64,000 nt of DNA from Lama guanicoe (lineage: Eukaryota). The stretch covers positions 1,997,101 to 2,061,100 of the forward strand of contig MU057202.1 in NCBI GenBank assembly GCA_013239625.1, in the 5' to 3' direction. The notes under the pieces were generated by a model. It was given only the letters and a program-made list of their open reading frames with translations. It was not told the origin of the DNA and did not search any database. The translations under genes and the position numbers were made by a program. Position 1 is the first letter of the stretch. Every line of letters begins with the position of its first letter. This document shows positions 1 through 11,200 of this stretch, piece by piece.

Positions 1-909
1 AGGACCATGCACTCCCGCAGCCCAGGGTGTGGTGGAAGTGACAGTAGAGACCTGAGGCTGGATGCCTTGGGTGCGGCCAGGCCGAGGATGGCTGGTAGTG
101 GGGGGCCAGACTCCCCATTCCAGGTGAGTGAGACGCACTGGTCAGAGCCATCCAAGTGCCTTCTGGCACCACATACTTGACATGCTTTCCCAAACTTTGA
201 GAAGCATTCCCTGCCTGCCTCTTCCTTCCATGGCCTCAGCTCACCAAGGCATTTGAAATGTTTGCTTTTCTACACAGGCATGCAAGGCAGGGGCGGAAAG
301 TTGCAGGGAGTTTGGAAGGCTGGGCAGCTGCCTTTCGGACAGGGACAGCCGCTGCTCCTGGGAAGACACCACCGCCTCAGCTTACGCGAGCATTCCCCAC
401 CCTTCTGCAACGTTTCTGCTCTGCAGCAAAAGCAGAAGGGCGTTGCTTGCGTGGGGTTTGATTCTTGTAGGCGTCTCTTTGGTGCCATGGTTTTTCCTGT
501 GTCGGGTCAGCGGGGGTTTTATCCTGGGGCTGTGAGGGTGTGAAAACTGAAATGGAAGGAGCGGGTGGGCTGCCAGCTTGATGAGCTGGCCGGCATCCAT
601 GGTCCCTTTAAGGGAGTGGAGTTGGGGAGCACTGGGGGGGCTTCCGTCCTCTGGGCCTGGGGTACTGCTGTGTGCTCAGTCTCTATGGCCACCTGGGCTG
701 GGAAGTCGTGGAGGCCAGAGAGGCCGCCTTACCTCACGGAGGCTCAGTGGCCCTTGGCCCTGTGCCTTATGTATCCAACAGCCCCTCTGGGGCGCTCCTG
801 CTGCCTTCACGTTATTTTTACAGACGGGCTCCCCAGTGGGGACTTTCTCTCTAAGCTGAATCCACATGCACCAACTCAGGGCCTACGCACAGGTCAACTG
901 AGGGCTCAC

Positions 910-1065
910 ATGACCTCGGGCACATTACCTCAAGCTCTCTGGACCCACTTCTCAACTGGAAAAATGATGGATCACGAATAGGGTTATCGTGAGGATCAGT
1001 GGGCCCAACGCCCGTTGGGAAAGTGCTTTGATATTGTCTAGTGCACAGTAAGGACTGTTAGCTAT
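910..1065 (+). mobile_element. MIR SINE fragment
   Basis: Degenerate MIR core and 3' end: ...atagggttatcgtgaggat...aagtgcttt...cacagtaag. Confidence 0.55.
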
Positions 1066-1743
1066 TTGGATTTACCTGGATAACAGAAGAGGAAGGATTG
1101 TTGGGTCTCAGTTAATTGCATACGTCAGGCTAAATGCAATATCCTTGGGCAGGGCCCTGCCCAGGCCCTAACTGCCCCTGCTCACTGGGCTTCAATCAGC
1201 ATTAGCTGACTGGCCAACCATCAGCTTCATGGCTCACTTCTCCCAAGAGGAGCAAAAGACACTGCTCCCTGATCCTTTCAAGGGGGGAGAGGAGGGTAGG
1301 GGGGGAAGGGCTTCTCTGGTTTTGGTAGGATATAAAGGACTGCGTCTCCCACTTACAATGTCCCAAATCTCCCAGCTCTGGGGGCCCACCTCTCTCTCCT
1401 CTCCAGAGAGCCCCTCCCCTTTGATTACTCCAGACACACCTCTCAGCCTCTGTGGACACCTGAGGGTGTCCGACCTTAGAGAATCCACCTGTGAAGGAAA
1501 CCCTGTGGGTTCCAATCCCTGTTCTATTTACTACCTCCATTGTCTTCAGGTAGTCTGTGCCCAGCCTCAGTTTCATCATCTGTGAAATGGGTGAATCCAC
1601 TCCCCCCACCCCATCTTTCACAGACGCTGCCAGGGTTCTCAAGAGAATTTCCACTGGGCCTTTAGCATCCACACACAATAGCTACTATAACGTGATTGTT
1701 TTCCTGTCTTTGGAACACTTCCTCCTAGGAGACCCGAGGTGAG

Positions 1744-1880
1744 TTAACTTTCTGGCCTCAGTTTCCTGGTCTGTGGAATGGGAATGATAAAGATTTCTGT
1801 TCCTTAGGACTTAATACGAGGAAAGCACTTACAGCAGTGCTGGCACGTAGTAGTCTTCAAATCATGATTAGTTATTAATA
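1744..1880 (+). mobile_element. MIR SINE fragment
   Basis: gcctcagtttcctggtctgtggaatgggaatgat...aaagcacttacagcagtgctggcacgtagtag resembles the MIR consensus. Confidence 0.7.
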
Positions 1881-3639
1881 TTGTCCTTATCATCAACCTC
1901 CTCTCCGGCACTTTTATGTCGTCAGTAAGGAGACCGGGCTGAGGGATCCCTGCATCTCTCCACCCTCACTCTTCTCACATGTATGGTAGAATCATCCATT
2001 CTTCATGTGTGTATACACACACGTATATAATTTGTTACCTGTCTTCCCACTTAGAAAAGTGAAGCAGATATTTGGAAATATGACGCCATCATCGTTAACT
2101 TGAATGCCTGCTTTTTAATTTACCCGTGGAGCGGAAGAAGGGTAGATGGGGGTGGGGTGGGAGGAGCTCCTGTCTCTCTCCCCTCAGCCTTTTCCCCTGA
2201 GGCCTCTTTGGGCCAGGCTAGTGCCTGGCCTTCGCTCACCTGGCCTTCCCAAGGAGCAGGCTTTCTGCCAGGCAGCTGGAAATGGTACTGTCTGCTCTTA
2301 GCCCTCAACAAACCTTACTTGTGCTTGGGCCCCAGAGTTGGGAACCGCCACGGTCCTTCCCGAAGTGTGATTTCAGGGCCTTTCTGCAGGCTGGAAGCTG
2401 CACTCCCACTGACTTCAGAGATGAAGGTGCCTTTCTGGGATCTGAAGGCTTATGAACCTGCAAGGGACTTGCAGTGTCCTCATCTGGCTCTCTGAGACAC
2501 TCAGTCGGCCAGCTGTCTCTCAGGCTTGGCTGATCCCCACTGAGCCTCCGATCCGTCCTCACCCACCAGGCTTCCGCACGAGGGCGCATCCATGCTCCTG
2601 CGCTCTGTGCTTTTGCCCTGCGCTCCCCGGAAATAAGTCCCAGCTCGGGGTTCCTTCCTACAAAGTCCTCTCCTAAGTTCAAGTTACACATGTCACCTGA
2701 GAGCCCAGGATTCTCCCGGCGCCCAGAGCCAGGCTGGGGCGCTCTGCTGGAGGTCTGTGGCTGGAGCCTCCCATAGAGGCTGCTAACTGCTGCAAACACG
2801 TGGGGGCTGGACCGGCCGCTCCAAACCGCAACTAGAACTGGGTTATTCTCTCTGCTATCAGTGCCCCGCCCACCAGCCGCGCTGGTCTCCGCCTGCGTCC
2901 CGCCCATGCCCAAATTGGGCGGTGTTTATTATTGCACGAATTCAAGCTTGGATTCGCCTTAGCGTTTAGAAGGAGCGCGGCTGCAGAGCGCCTTTAGGGA
3001 AAGGCAGGGTGTGAGTGCTGGACTTCGGGTGCCCAGGAAACTCCAGGAAGGGCTCCGGGTGCGGAGTGGGGGATCCGCAGAGCGACACCCGTTTGTTTCT
3101 TCCTCTGGATCTGTTAAGAGTCGACACCCTAGTGGGATCCAGACTTGATCTTGCTAGTCAGGAGGGGCTGGGTGGCTCCGGGGACTGTGGGACCCGTGGG
3201 TTGCAAAAGCGCGGACACTGAGGTTCTCTTCCCATCTCGGGGGTGAAAGGGGTGCTCTGATGAAAGCCAGACACCCAGAGAGCAGACAGCGCCTGCCCCT
3301 CTTGCTAGCGGGCCGTACCCAAGCCCAAGGCCACGGCTCAGGTTAGAAATGGGCGCTGGGGACCGAGGCCTGGAGGTGTCCCCCGCCCTGGCCTGGCATT
3401 CCCTCATGCCCTGCCTGCACCCAAACCGGTTTTTCGACCCTGATTGAGGCTTCCTTTTCCATATTTCAAATGTATTTGCTCCCCACACGGTCCATCCGGA
3501 ACCTCCAAACACATGAGGTATCTTCTGGATTCCCCATTTTGGAGCAGGATTTTCCCTGCTTTTCGGTGTTCAGGGGTGACCTGAGCACTGGCAGCCAGTT
3601 CCCCAGCATGGGGTCGCCTCCCTGTTACAGCAGCAGTGG

Positions 3640-4210
3640 CAGACTTCCCCCCTCCAATTAATGCACGTTTGTTATGTCTCCCAATTCCGGGGGGGGGGCT
3701 CGTGGGCAGGGCCCCCCACCTGCCATCCTCACCCCTCCCTCTTCTCTTGGGCATTCGTGTAATTTATTAAATGAAATGCTAATTCAGTTATCCAGAGCTC
3801 TTTTTTTTCTTTCCATATTCAGCAGCGATCGTAAACAGGAACTAGTCACGCTATGTGCCCCCCCACCATGCGGTGACGTGGGGGAAGGGACACCTCCTTC
3901 TACATCGGCATCATTTAGGGTTTTGATTCAAGCATGGACGTGGCTGAATGTAAAATGAGATGGGGGTAGGGGGTGCCCAGCCCCCAGGGTGAGTGGGCAG
4001 CGGGGCGGGGGGTGGGGTGGGGTGGGTGGAGAGTGAGCAGGCTTCCCAAATGCTTAATGTAATCACGGGCCAGCTGCGTGCACTTGTAAAGTTGTTATAA
4101 CCCCCTCCTTGTTATAAACAGGAAAGCGCAGGATATAAAGCAAGAGACCCGCATTCGCAAATACCAGCTCTCCCCGCCAGCTGCCAAAGTCCCCTTTTAT
4201 GGTGTTCCTC
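3640..4210. promoter_or_regulatory. Candidate FOXL1 upstream enhancer / extended promoter
   Basis: Non-repetitive sequence with TAAT clusters (3656-3662, 3760-3784) and forkhead RYAAAYA cores GTAAACA 3831-3837, ATAAACA 4114-4120 and GCAAATA 4157-4163. Confidence 0.55.
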
Positions 4211-4768
4211 CCTTGCAACCTCAGACCCATCAGAAAGACCTTCGTTTCTCCCCCTCCACTCTCCAAAGGGGTTCATTCTGAAACTTCCTCCAGCCGAGCC
4301 GTGGACCTGGTACCACCGCACACCCTCGCCGACTCTGCAGTGCCCCATGCCATTGGCTTTGGGACGAGCTGGGCTCCCGGAGTCCTCTTCCTCAGGTCTC
4401 CAGGGAGCCCTGAGGTGGAGGCTTGCCCCTGTTGGGATACTAGGCCCCCAGGGGGTACGCCCCCACCCCCAATTCCTCCGGGGGCATCCAGAGCATCTCT
4501 CCAAGGAGGGCCGCATACTCTTCAAGTCAGACTCCCGTCTATTTCCTCTGAGACAGACATCTCCCCCGCCAAATATCTGAGAGTTCTCAAAGACCTCAGA
4601 AGGCAAGCTGTGAGGCTATGGCACCCACCCCTACAGCTCCCATTAGGCCTGGGGGAAGAAAAGGTCTTTTGTGGAAGCCTTAGGGTTTCGGGGCTCCCCC
4701 AGGCCAGAGGTAAAACGCCCCTCCCACCTCCACTCTCCTTCCTGGCCCGCCAGACCCTGCTCTGAGCC

Positions 4769-5108
4769 NNNNNNNNNNNNNNNNNNNNNNNNNNNNNNNN
4801 NNNNNNNNNNNNNNNNNNNNNNNNNNNNNNNNNNNNNNNNNNNNNNNNNNNNNNNNNNNNNNNNNNNNNNNNNNNNNNNNNNNNNNNNNNNNNNNNNNNN
4901 NNNNNNNNNNNNNNNNNNNNNNNNNNNNNNNNNNNNNNNNNNNNNNNNNNNNNNNNNNNNNNNNNNNNNNNNNNNNNNNNNNNNNNNNNNNNNNNNNNNN
5001 NNNNNNNNNNNNNNNNNNNNNNNNNNNNNNNNNNNNNNNNNNNNNNNNNNNNNNNNNNNNNNNNNNNNNNNNNNNNNNNNNNNNNNNNNNNNNNNNNNNN
5101 NNNNNNNN
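4769..5108. other. N run, 340 nt, over the FOXL1 proximal promoter
   Basis: Seen directly. Confidence 0.99.
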
Positions 5109-5309
5109 ATAATAGCAAACTTACAACAATTATTTAACATTTTTAAAGCCATGAAGAAGGGACAGAGCGCGCAGCGGCTGGGGAGAGCGGCAGAGCGGGA
5201 GGCAGACGCAGGGCGGGCTCCCCGGGAGGGCCCTTGCGGCGCGGGGTGCAGTCCCTAAGCCACCCGGGTCGTCTGCGTTGCCGGGGGCGCAGCGCCGGCT
5301 CCGCTCGCC

Positions 5310-6350
5310 ATGAGCCATCTCTTCAGTCCCCGGCTGCCTGCTCTGGCCGCCTCGCCCATGCTCTATCTGTACGGCCCCGAGAGACCCGGGCTGCCTCTGG
5401 CCTTGGCCCCCGCGGCCGCTCTGGCCGCCTCGGGCCGGGTGGAGCCCCCCCAGAAGCCACCCTACAGCTACNNNNNNNNNNNNNNNNNNNNNNNNNNNNN
5501 NNNNNNNNNNNNNNNNNNNNNNNNNNNNNNNNNNNNNNNNNNNNNNNNNNNNNNNNNNNNNNNNNNNNNNNNNNNNNNNNNNNNNNNNNNNNNNNNNNNN
5601 NNNNNNNNNNNNNNNNNNNNNNNNNNNNNNNNNNNNNNNNNNNNNNNNNNNNNNNNNNNNNNNNNNNNNNNNNNNNNNNNNNNNNNNNNNNNNNNNNNNN
5701 NNATGTTCGAGAATGGCAACTACCGGCGCCGGAAGAGGAAGCCCAAGCCGGGCCCTGGGGCCCCGGAGGCCAAGCGCGCCCGAGCCGAGACGCACGAGCG
5801 CGGCGCAGAGGCGCAGCCGGAGGTGGGGAGCGGGGGAGTAGTCCCCCGCCCGGCGACCCCCAGCCACGAGGGAGCGCCCGCGCGCCCCTCGCCCCTCCGG
5901 GAAGGCTCCTCTCCGCCCGCGCCCCTCCACTGGCCCAGGCCCGCGTCCGCAGAGGAGGACGCGGGCGACGCGCTCCAGGGCGCAGCGGCTGTGGCCGTCC
6001 GCCGGCCCGCGCGCACGATGGATGGCCCGGGGTCCCCTCCGCGCCCCGCCTCCTGCAGCTCTCCGAAGAGTTCTTCGGACAAGTCCAAGAGCTTCAGCAT
6101 AGACAGCATCCTGGCGGAACGGCAGGGGCAAAAGCCGGCTGGAGGGGGCGAGCTCCCTGGGGGCGCCAAGCAGGGCCCTGGCGGCTTCCTAGGCGCCTCG
6201 CTCCTGGCCACCTCCTCCAGCCTCCGTCCGCCTTTCAACGCTTCCCTGATGCTGGACCCGCACGTCCAGGGCGGCTTTTACCAGCTCGGGATCCCTTTCC
6301 TCTCCTACTTCCCTCTGCAGCTCCCCGACACGGTGCTTCACTTCCACTAA
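5310..6350 (+). CDS. FOXL1: Forkhead box protein L1, single coding exon, 346 aa; most of the forkhead domain (5472-5702) is N
   Basis: The N-terminus MSHLFSPRLPALAASPMLYLYGPERPGLPL...QKPPYSY and C-terminus ...DPHVQGGFYQLGIPFLSYFPLQLPDTVLHFH match mammalian FOXL1 as I recall it. KPPYSY and MFENGNYRRRKRK are the canonical forkhead-domain flanks. Start context gccATG, stop TAA at 6348-6350, and the frame is preserved across the gap. Confidence 0.97.
   Translation: MSHLFSPRLPALAASPMLYLYGPERPGLPLALAPAAALAASGRVEPPQKPPYSYXXXXXXXXXXXXXXXXXXXXXXXXXXXXXXXXXXXXXXXXXXXXXXXXXXXXXXXXXXXXXXXXXXXXXXXXXXXXXMFENGNYRRRKRKPKPGPGAPEAKRARAETHERGAEAQPEVGSGGVVPRPATPSHEGAPARPSPLREGSSPPAPLHWPRPASAEEDAGDALQGAAAVAVRRPARTMDGPGSPPRPASCSSPKSSSDKSKSFSIDSILAERQGQKPAGGGELPGGAKQGPGGFLGASLLATSSSLRPPFNASLMLDPHVQGGFYQLGIPFLSYFPLQLPDTVLHFH
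5472..5702. other. N run, 231 nt (77 codons), over the forkhead box
   Basis: Seen directly; both edges fall on codon boundaries. Confidence 0.99.
6093..6113 (+). other. FOXL1: eh1 (Groucho/TLE-binding) motif FSIDSIL within FOXL1
   Basis: In-frame ttc agc ata gac agc atc ctg fits the eh1 consensus FSIxxIL. Confidence 0.85.
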
Positions 6351-8207
6351 AGCCAGCGGTGGCGCGGTTCTTTCCCTGCCTGGGTCTGAGCTACTTGTGA
6401 GCGACCACGACTCCCACCGTGGGGTAAAGAAGTCACTATTTTTTTTTAATGATTTCCTCTGCGGACGTGTGGATCCCGGGAAGTATCATCCACCTCTGTG
6501 CACAGATGGGTACACCCCCGCCTGCCTCCCGCAAGGCGGACCTTCCCAGAACCAGAGCAGCTTCGGGGATTTAAAGGACGCTTTCCCGCCAGGACTCGGG
6601 CATCCCAGACCTCCTACTGCCGGAGCAGGAGACTCCCTTGGCCTTAGGTCAGTCTGATAGCATGATCTTCCGCTAGCTACTCATGGCAGGTCCTGCCTGT
6701 CGGGGGAACGGGGGCCCAGACAACCTGAGGGCAGACAGATGGCCGCAGTGTGGTCCTTTCTATCTGAGAGCCACTATCTGCCCGTTGCTGGCTGGGCAGT
6801 GGCTTAGGCCTTGGCTTCGAACCCACCAGAGTGGGGGGTGTTTGAAGCTAGGTTTGTCCCTGAAGCCCAGTTGTGGGGATGCTGGGAGTGACCCCTGTTT
6901 TTCAAGTTCCTTAGCAGATCCTAGGGCTTGGGGAGGACTTAGGACCAACGTTCAGGTGAAAGCTGAGAAACCACACTTTTATTTTAAATAGAGAAGTTTC
7001 CTCTTTTGTCCTTTCTAGACCATAAAAGGAATATGCTATATTCTTTGGCTAAACGCTTGACTCTTTTTACTATAAGGATCGCCCTGTGAAAACATCGACA
7101 TTAACAACTTCTATTAAGAAAGTGCACTCTATATAATATAGCATTTTGTTGCATTATGATAGCTTGTTGATCAATACGTATGTTTCCCAGGGTGTGTTTC
7201 CCACAGCAGCAGCCCTCCTATCTCTTCGTTTTTGTGTTTAAAGGATCAAAAGACTCTGAGGACACCGGAAGTGCGTCAGGGGGAGGGAAGAGGTCTCGGG
7301 CGACAGAGGAGTTTTGATTCCCATGTTTTTCTCAAGACCTAGGTTTGATGTTGTTACCTTTTCTAGAATTGTGTAGTGAAGGACTACTTTTGATCAAAAG
7401 CGTTGGGAGAAGCAAACACGTGGGAAGCAGGCAGAGGGAGAGATGGGTCAGGGCCCGGCAGAGCACGGCATGCGTCAGGGCGGCTCTCTGGACCCCAAGG
7501 AACGGGAGGCTGGCAGGAGGCTTCCCAGCCTGCAGCCCCGGCCTGGCAGGCCTAGGGCCTGCAGCTAAATAAACCCCTTATGGAGGTGACCAGGAGTCCG
7601 GTGCAGGGCCGGGAGGCAGGGAGCCACCTCCACAAAGGTCTGGTTATGGAACTTGAGGGTTTCGCAGCCCGGTTCAGCTTGGAACTTTTGGAAAATGCAC
7701 GTAACCTCTTACGGTATCTCTCTTTAGGTTGTTTTGGCAATTCTGAAACTTGACTCCCTGAGCCTCCAAGTTACTTTATCTGATGTGGGAAAATCACAGT
7801 AAGTCATGAGTTCTTGGAGACAGGCAGAGATAGGTCTATGAAATAACTTTTTCAAGCAGTTTCCATGACTTATATAAAAGTGAAAACGAACTTTACATCA
7901 AGAGAGCTTATTGGTTAACGTGTTGGAAAGGATATTTTGGACAAGCGTAATAACTTAATAATTAGTAGGCACAGAGCTGCCTTTCTGAAAATTCATCCTG
8001 AAAGCCGTGTGCTACCTACCCAAACGTGTGTCCGTGACCGCGCCCTGCCCAGGCTGGTGGGAACAATTCGGCGAGCTTCAGTGTCCTTGATTTTAAGAAC
8101 TTTGATGAGGTCCTGTGGTTTAGGTCCAGGGTCACTGTGATTAACTCAAAATGTAGTACAAGGGCCATCATTGGATGTTTTGTTATCCCGACGTCTCAGC
8201 ACCCGTG

Positions 8208-8213
8208 AATAAA
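8208..8213 (+). terminator. Candidate FOXL1 polyadenylation signal AATAAA
   Basis: AATAAA about 1.9 kb after the stop, in AT-rich UTR-like sequence. Alternatives lie at 7568-7573 and 8906-8911. Confidence 0.45.
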
Positions 8214-11200
8214 GTTGTTTTTTCATTAACCTCTCAGTGACTGGCTCAATGGATGGGGCGGGGGTGGGATAAACAAACCAGGTAACAGGAAAAGGGTTGC
8301 ATCTGGGAACCCCGTCAGCATCTTGGGGGGGCTCTGGCTTCCGGGGTTGGGTGCACACATAGACTGCAAGGGCCAGAGCTGAAAACCCCAGGACCAGAGG
8401 ATGCTGCCTGCATGTCAGCAATACGATGAGAACCCCCTCGCTGTACAGAACGTGTTTCCAATGTTTCCTTTTTATGTTTGATTTGCTATCTTGTGTGCTT
8501 TTTAATGTACATGTGGCTGTTGTCTGGAGAAGCAAATAATCTGTCATTTTAAAAGGACTGTATTTTAGAATTACAATTCTAAAAAGTATAGTACAGACAT
8601 TATTTTTATGGCACAGAAAAAAAAAGGCAGGAGTATGTGTCTGCTTGGTAAGAGTGTGTATTCCTTCAGAAAGAGGAAGCCTGTGAGCCAGTCTGCACGT
8701 TCACCTGGTATAGGAGAGCAGCGAGAGGGGGGCAGCAGGGCCGTTTCCCATGGTTCTGCAGGATTCCGTGTGCGTTCCTTCCTTCCTGCCGAAGAGGAGG
8801 AGGGCCTTTGGGTTTTAGTAATTGAAACAGCTGTTCAAATGTTCCAGTTTTAATCATGTGCTCCAAATTATGGATCAGTGAGACCAGGAAAAGGCTTCTA
8901 CTCTTAATAAAAACAAAATCAGCTCTATTTCAGGTAAACCAGAAGCGACCCTATCGTCCTGGTCTTTGGCAATCTGAGGATGGCCTCTGTGTTCTCATGT
9001 AAACAAAGAGAACAAAGAGTTTTCTGTACATGACCTCTGGCTTAAGCCCTGATCACACACCCACACACGCACACGCACACTGATTAGTACACTGATCATA
9101 GAGGGGAGTATGGCAGGTGCAGGTGTAATGGTAAGCAAGTGTGTATATCTATGTGTGTGTACGTACACATGCGTGTATGTCTGCTGCTTACACAAATGCT
9201 CAGGAATTCACCTTTTTTGCATAATTGGAACATAGAGTCAAAGTGCTGAGTTCTTTTAGATTAACCCAAGTATTGGTACTTTTGGAAAGATTTTGTTTTT
9301 CTATATAATTTGAACAAGCAAGAATTTAGTTTTTTCTACAATTATAGTGAAACTAACGAAGGCTTTACAAAAGAATCTCGGAAGACATACCAACTTGGGA
9401 CCTTTACCGACACGACTTTCACAAAAGCAAGAGAACTTCGCAGCGGCTTTTTGGTTTGTCTGGTCTTGGGTATTGGCTGGCTCCTGCGGGAGCTAATGCC
9501 CTCCTGGGTCTCCCGTGCTCCATGAGGTTTTCCAGAACCAGAATGGGATATGTCTTGCCATCTTCCAGTACAAGTGCATCTCCCCAGAAAGGGGCCCACC
9601 TGTGGTCTCTGTCATTTCACGAAGAGTGGTCAGTGTATATTCACGTGTGGGTTAACGAATTAGCCACACGCGATGTTATTGTTACAGCTGGAGGCCAGAG
9701 CCCATCCGCCAGGACATGGGTGGGCTGCTGTTAACGTCACAAGAGTGGGTGCCGTTTCCAGGAATTGGCTGCCCAAGTGAGAGCCACGACTTGGTGGACT
9801 CCCCGTCTTCATGGTGGCTGGAGTCTTGCTTTTGTGAAACGGGTTGTTTCACAGAGTCACAAATACATGTGATAATAAGCCGAGCTGATTATTAAAACTG
9901 AAGCACATGAGTTTGTTGGAAAAGGAAAATTCTTTTAATCCACATTCCAAGCAGTTTTTACGCCTGAGTAGCCAAGTGGCAAGTTCTTGTCCACACTTGT
10001 CGTTATCCGGAGGCCCAGACTTGGGGTTCTGCGGGTTTTGGCAGACCCCTTAGACTGTACAGCACCCTAGGGGGGGCCATAGGGAGTCGTGGGGCCTGGG
10101 CCCAACTCTGGGGGCCCATGTCTTCCGGTGGTGTCCAGATGCCAACTGCACTGGGAAAACCACGCAAGTGGCTCATAGGCCAGATGAGGATTCCAGCCTA
10201 GGGTCTACACTTTGGTGGACACATAAGACTGAGTGCAACATTCACTTCTCCCCCCTGGGAGGTGGCTAGAGGGAGGGTGGGAGGCCTGTTAGAAGCCCTG
10301 GGCCTCAGGCGCCTTTGTTTACCTGGCAGTAAGGAGGGAGGGCATGGTCCCAGCCTCCTTTTCCCATCAGTTATGTAATCAGGGTTCTGGCAGGAAACAG
10401 AGACCCACTCGGATGGGCCACTGGAAAGGCCTGTTTACAGGGGAGTGGGCTGGGAGGGAGCCCCTGGAGTGAGCAGGGTGAATGTGGATGCAGCCACAGA
10501 GCTGGTATGGGTGGGAACAGACCTCTCTCCTCTCATGTTGACACCTCTGACTGGCTAAACCTCACCAGAAGTCCAGTCCTGCAGGGAACCCAGGGCAGGC
10601 AGTCCGTGGGGTCAGCCCGCAGGGCCAGAGCGGGTGGAGAACGCACTTGGGTAGGGCCAAGGCGAAGTGAGCGTGGCCAGCACAGCGGGGTCCTTCCTCC
10701 GGGGCCAGTTGGTTGCAGCTGCCCTGACCACACTGTCGATGTCCAAGGGCCAAGGCTAGGATGTCTGGGACGAGACTGGCAGCTGCATCCAGCATTCTCA
10801 GAGACTGATTCTCCCGTCTGGCAGGCTTCCAGGAGAAGGTGGCTCTAGGCCCTAATCTGAGGCCCTCTTAGGTGGGCGGGGTCTGGACTCAGCTCCTGAG
10901 GGCCCTGCTACTGGCAGTATAGTCTGCCCTTCATCTCTGAGCCTGGAGAGGACTTGCTGAGTGGCGGGGTGTTGCAAATGGTTGGACATGGTTTGTGTCC
11001 GTTGGCTGAGCATTTAAAACAAAGCTATTCCTTCCTGGGTACTGGGCTGGAAGTGAAGGATGCTATCTCACTCTTCCAGAACGTGGGGCCCACAGGCTGG
11101 TGAGGGCGTCCCCCAGCCCAGGTCCAGACGAGATCAGGCACAGAGGAAGAGTCTCAGCTGCGGCAGCGGCTGGGTCAGGCCCTCTGGGGAGAGTGGGGAC

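Larger units (their letters stand above)
5160..6620. promoter_or_regulatory. CpG island over the FOXL1 5' region and CDS
   Basis: Very high GC and dense CpG by inspection; not computed. Confidence 0.85.

Noticed and set aside
4522-5258. ORFs spanning the promoter N-run (and similar ones at 55437-56149)
   Set aside because: They are open only because Ns contain no stop codons.
5310-6350. FOXL1 as a pseudogene lacking its DNA-binding domain
   Set aside because: The missing part is N, of the expected length and in frame, and both flanks are intact.
5130-6400. Long overlapping ORFs 5130-6131 (-), 5234-6400 (+) and 5720-6238 (-)
   Set aside because: These are shadow frames of a very GC-rich CDS, lengthened by N-runs. 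They are Arg/Gly/Pro-rich with no recognisable homology.
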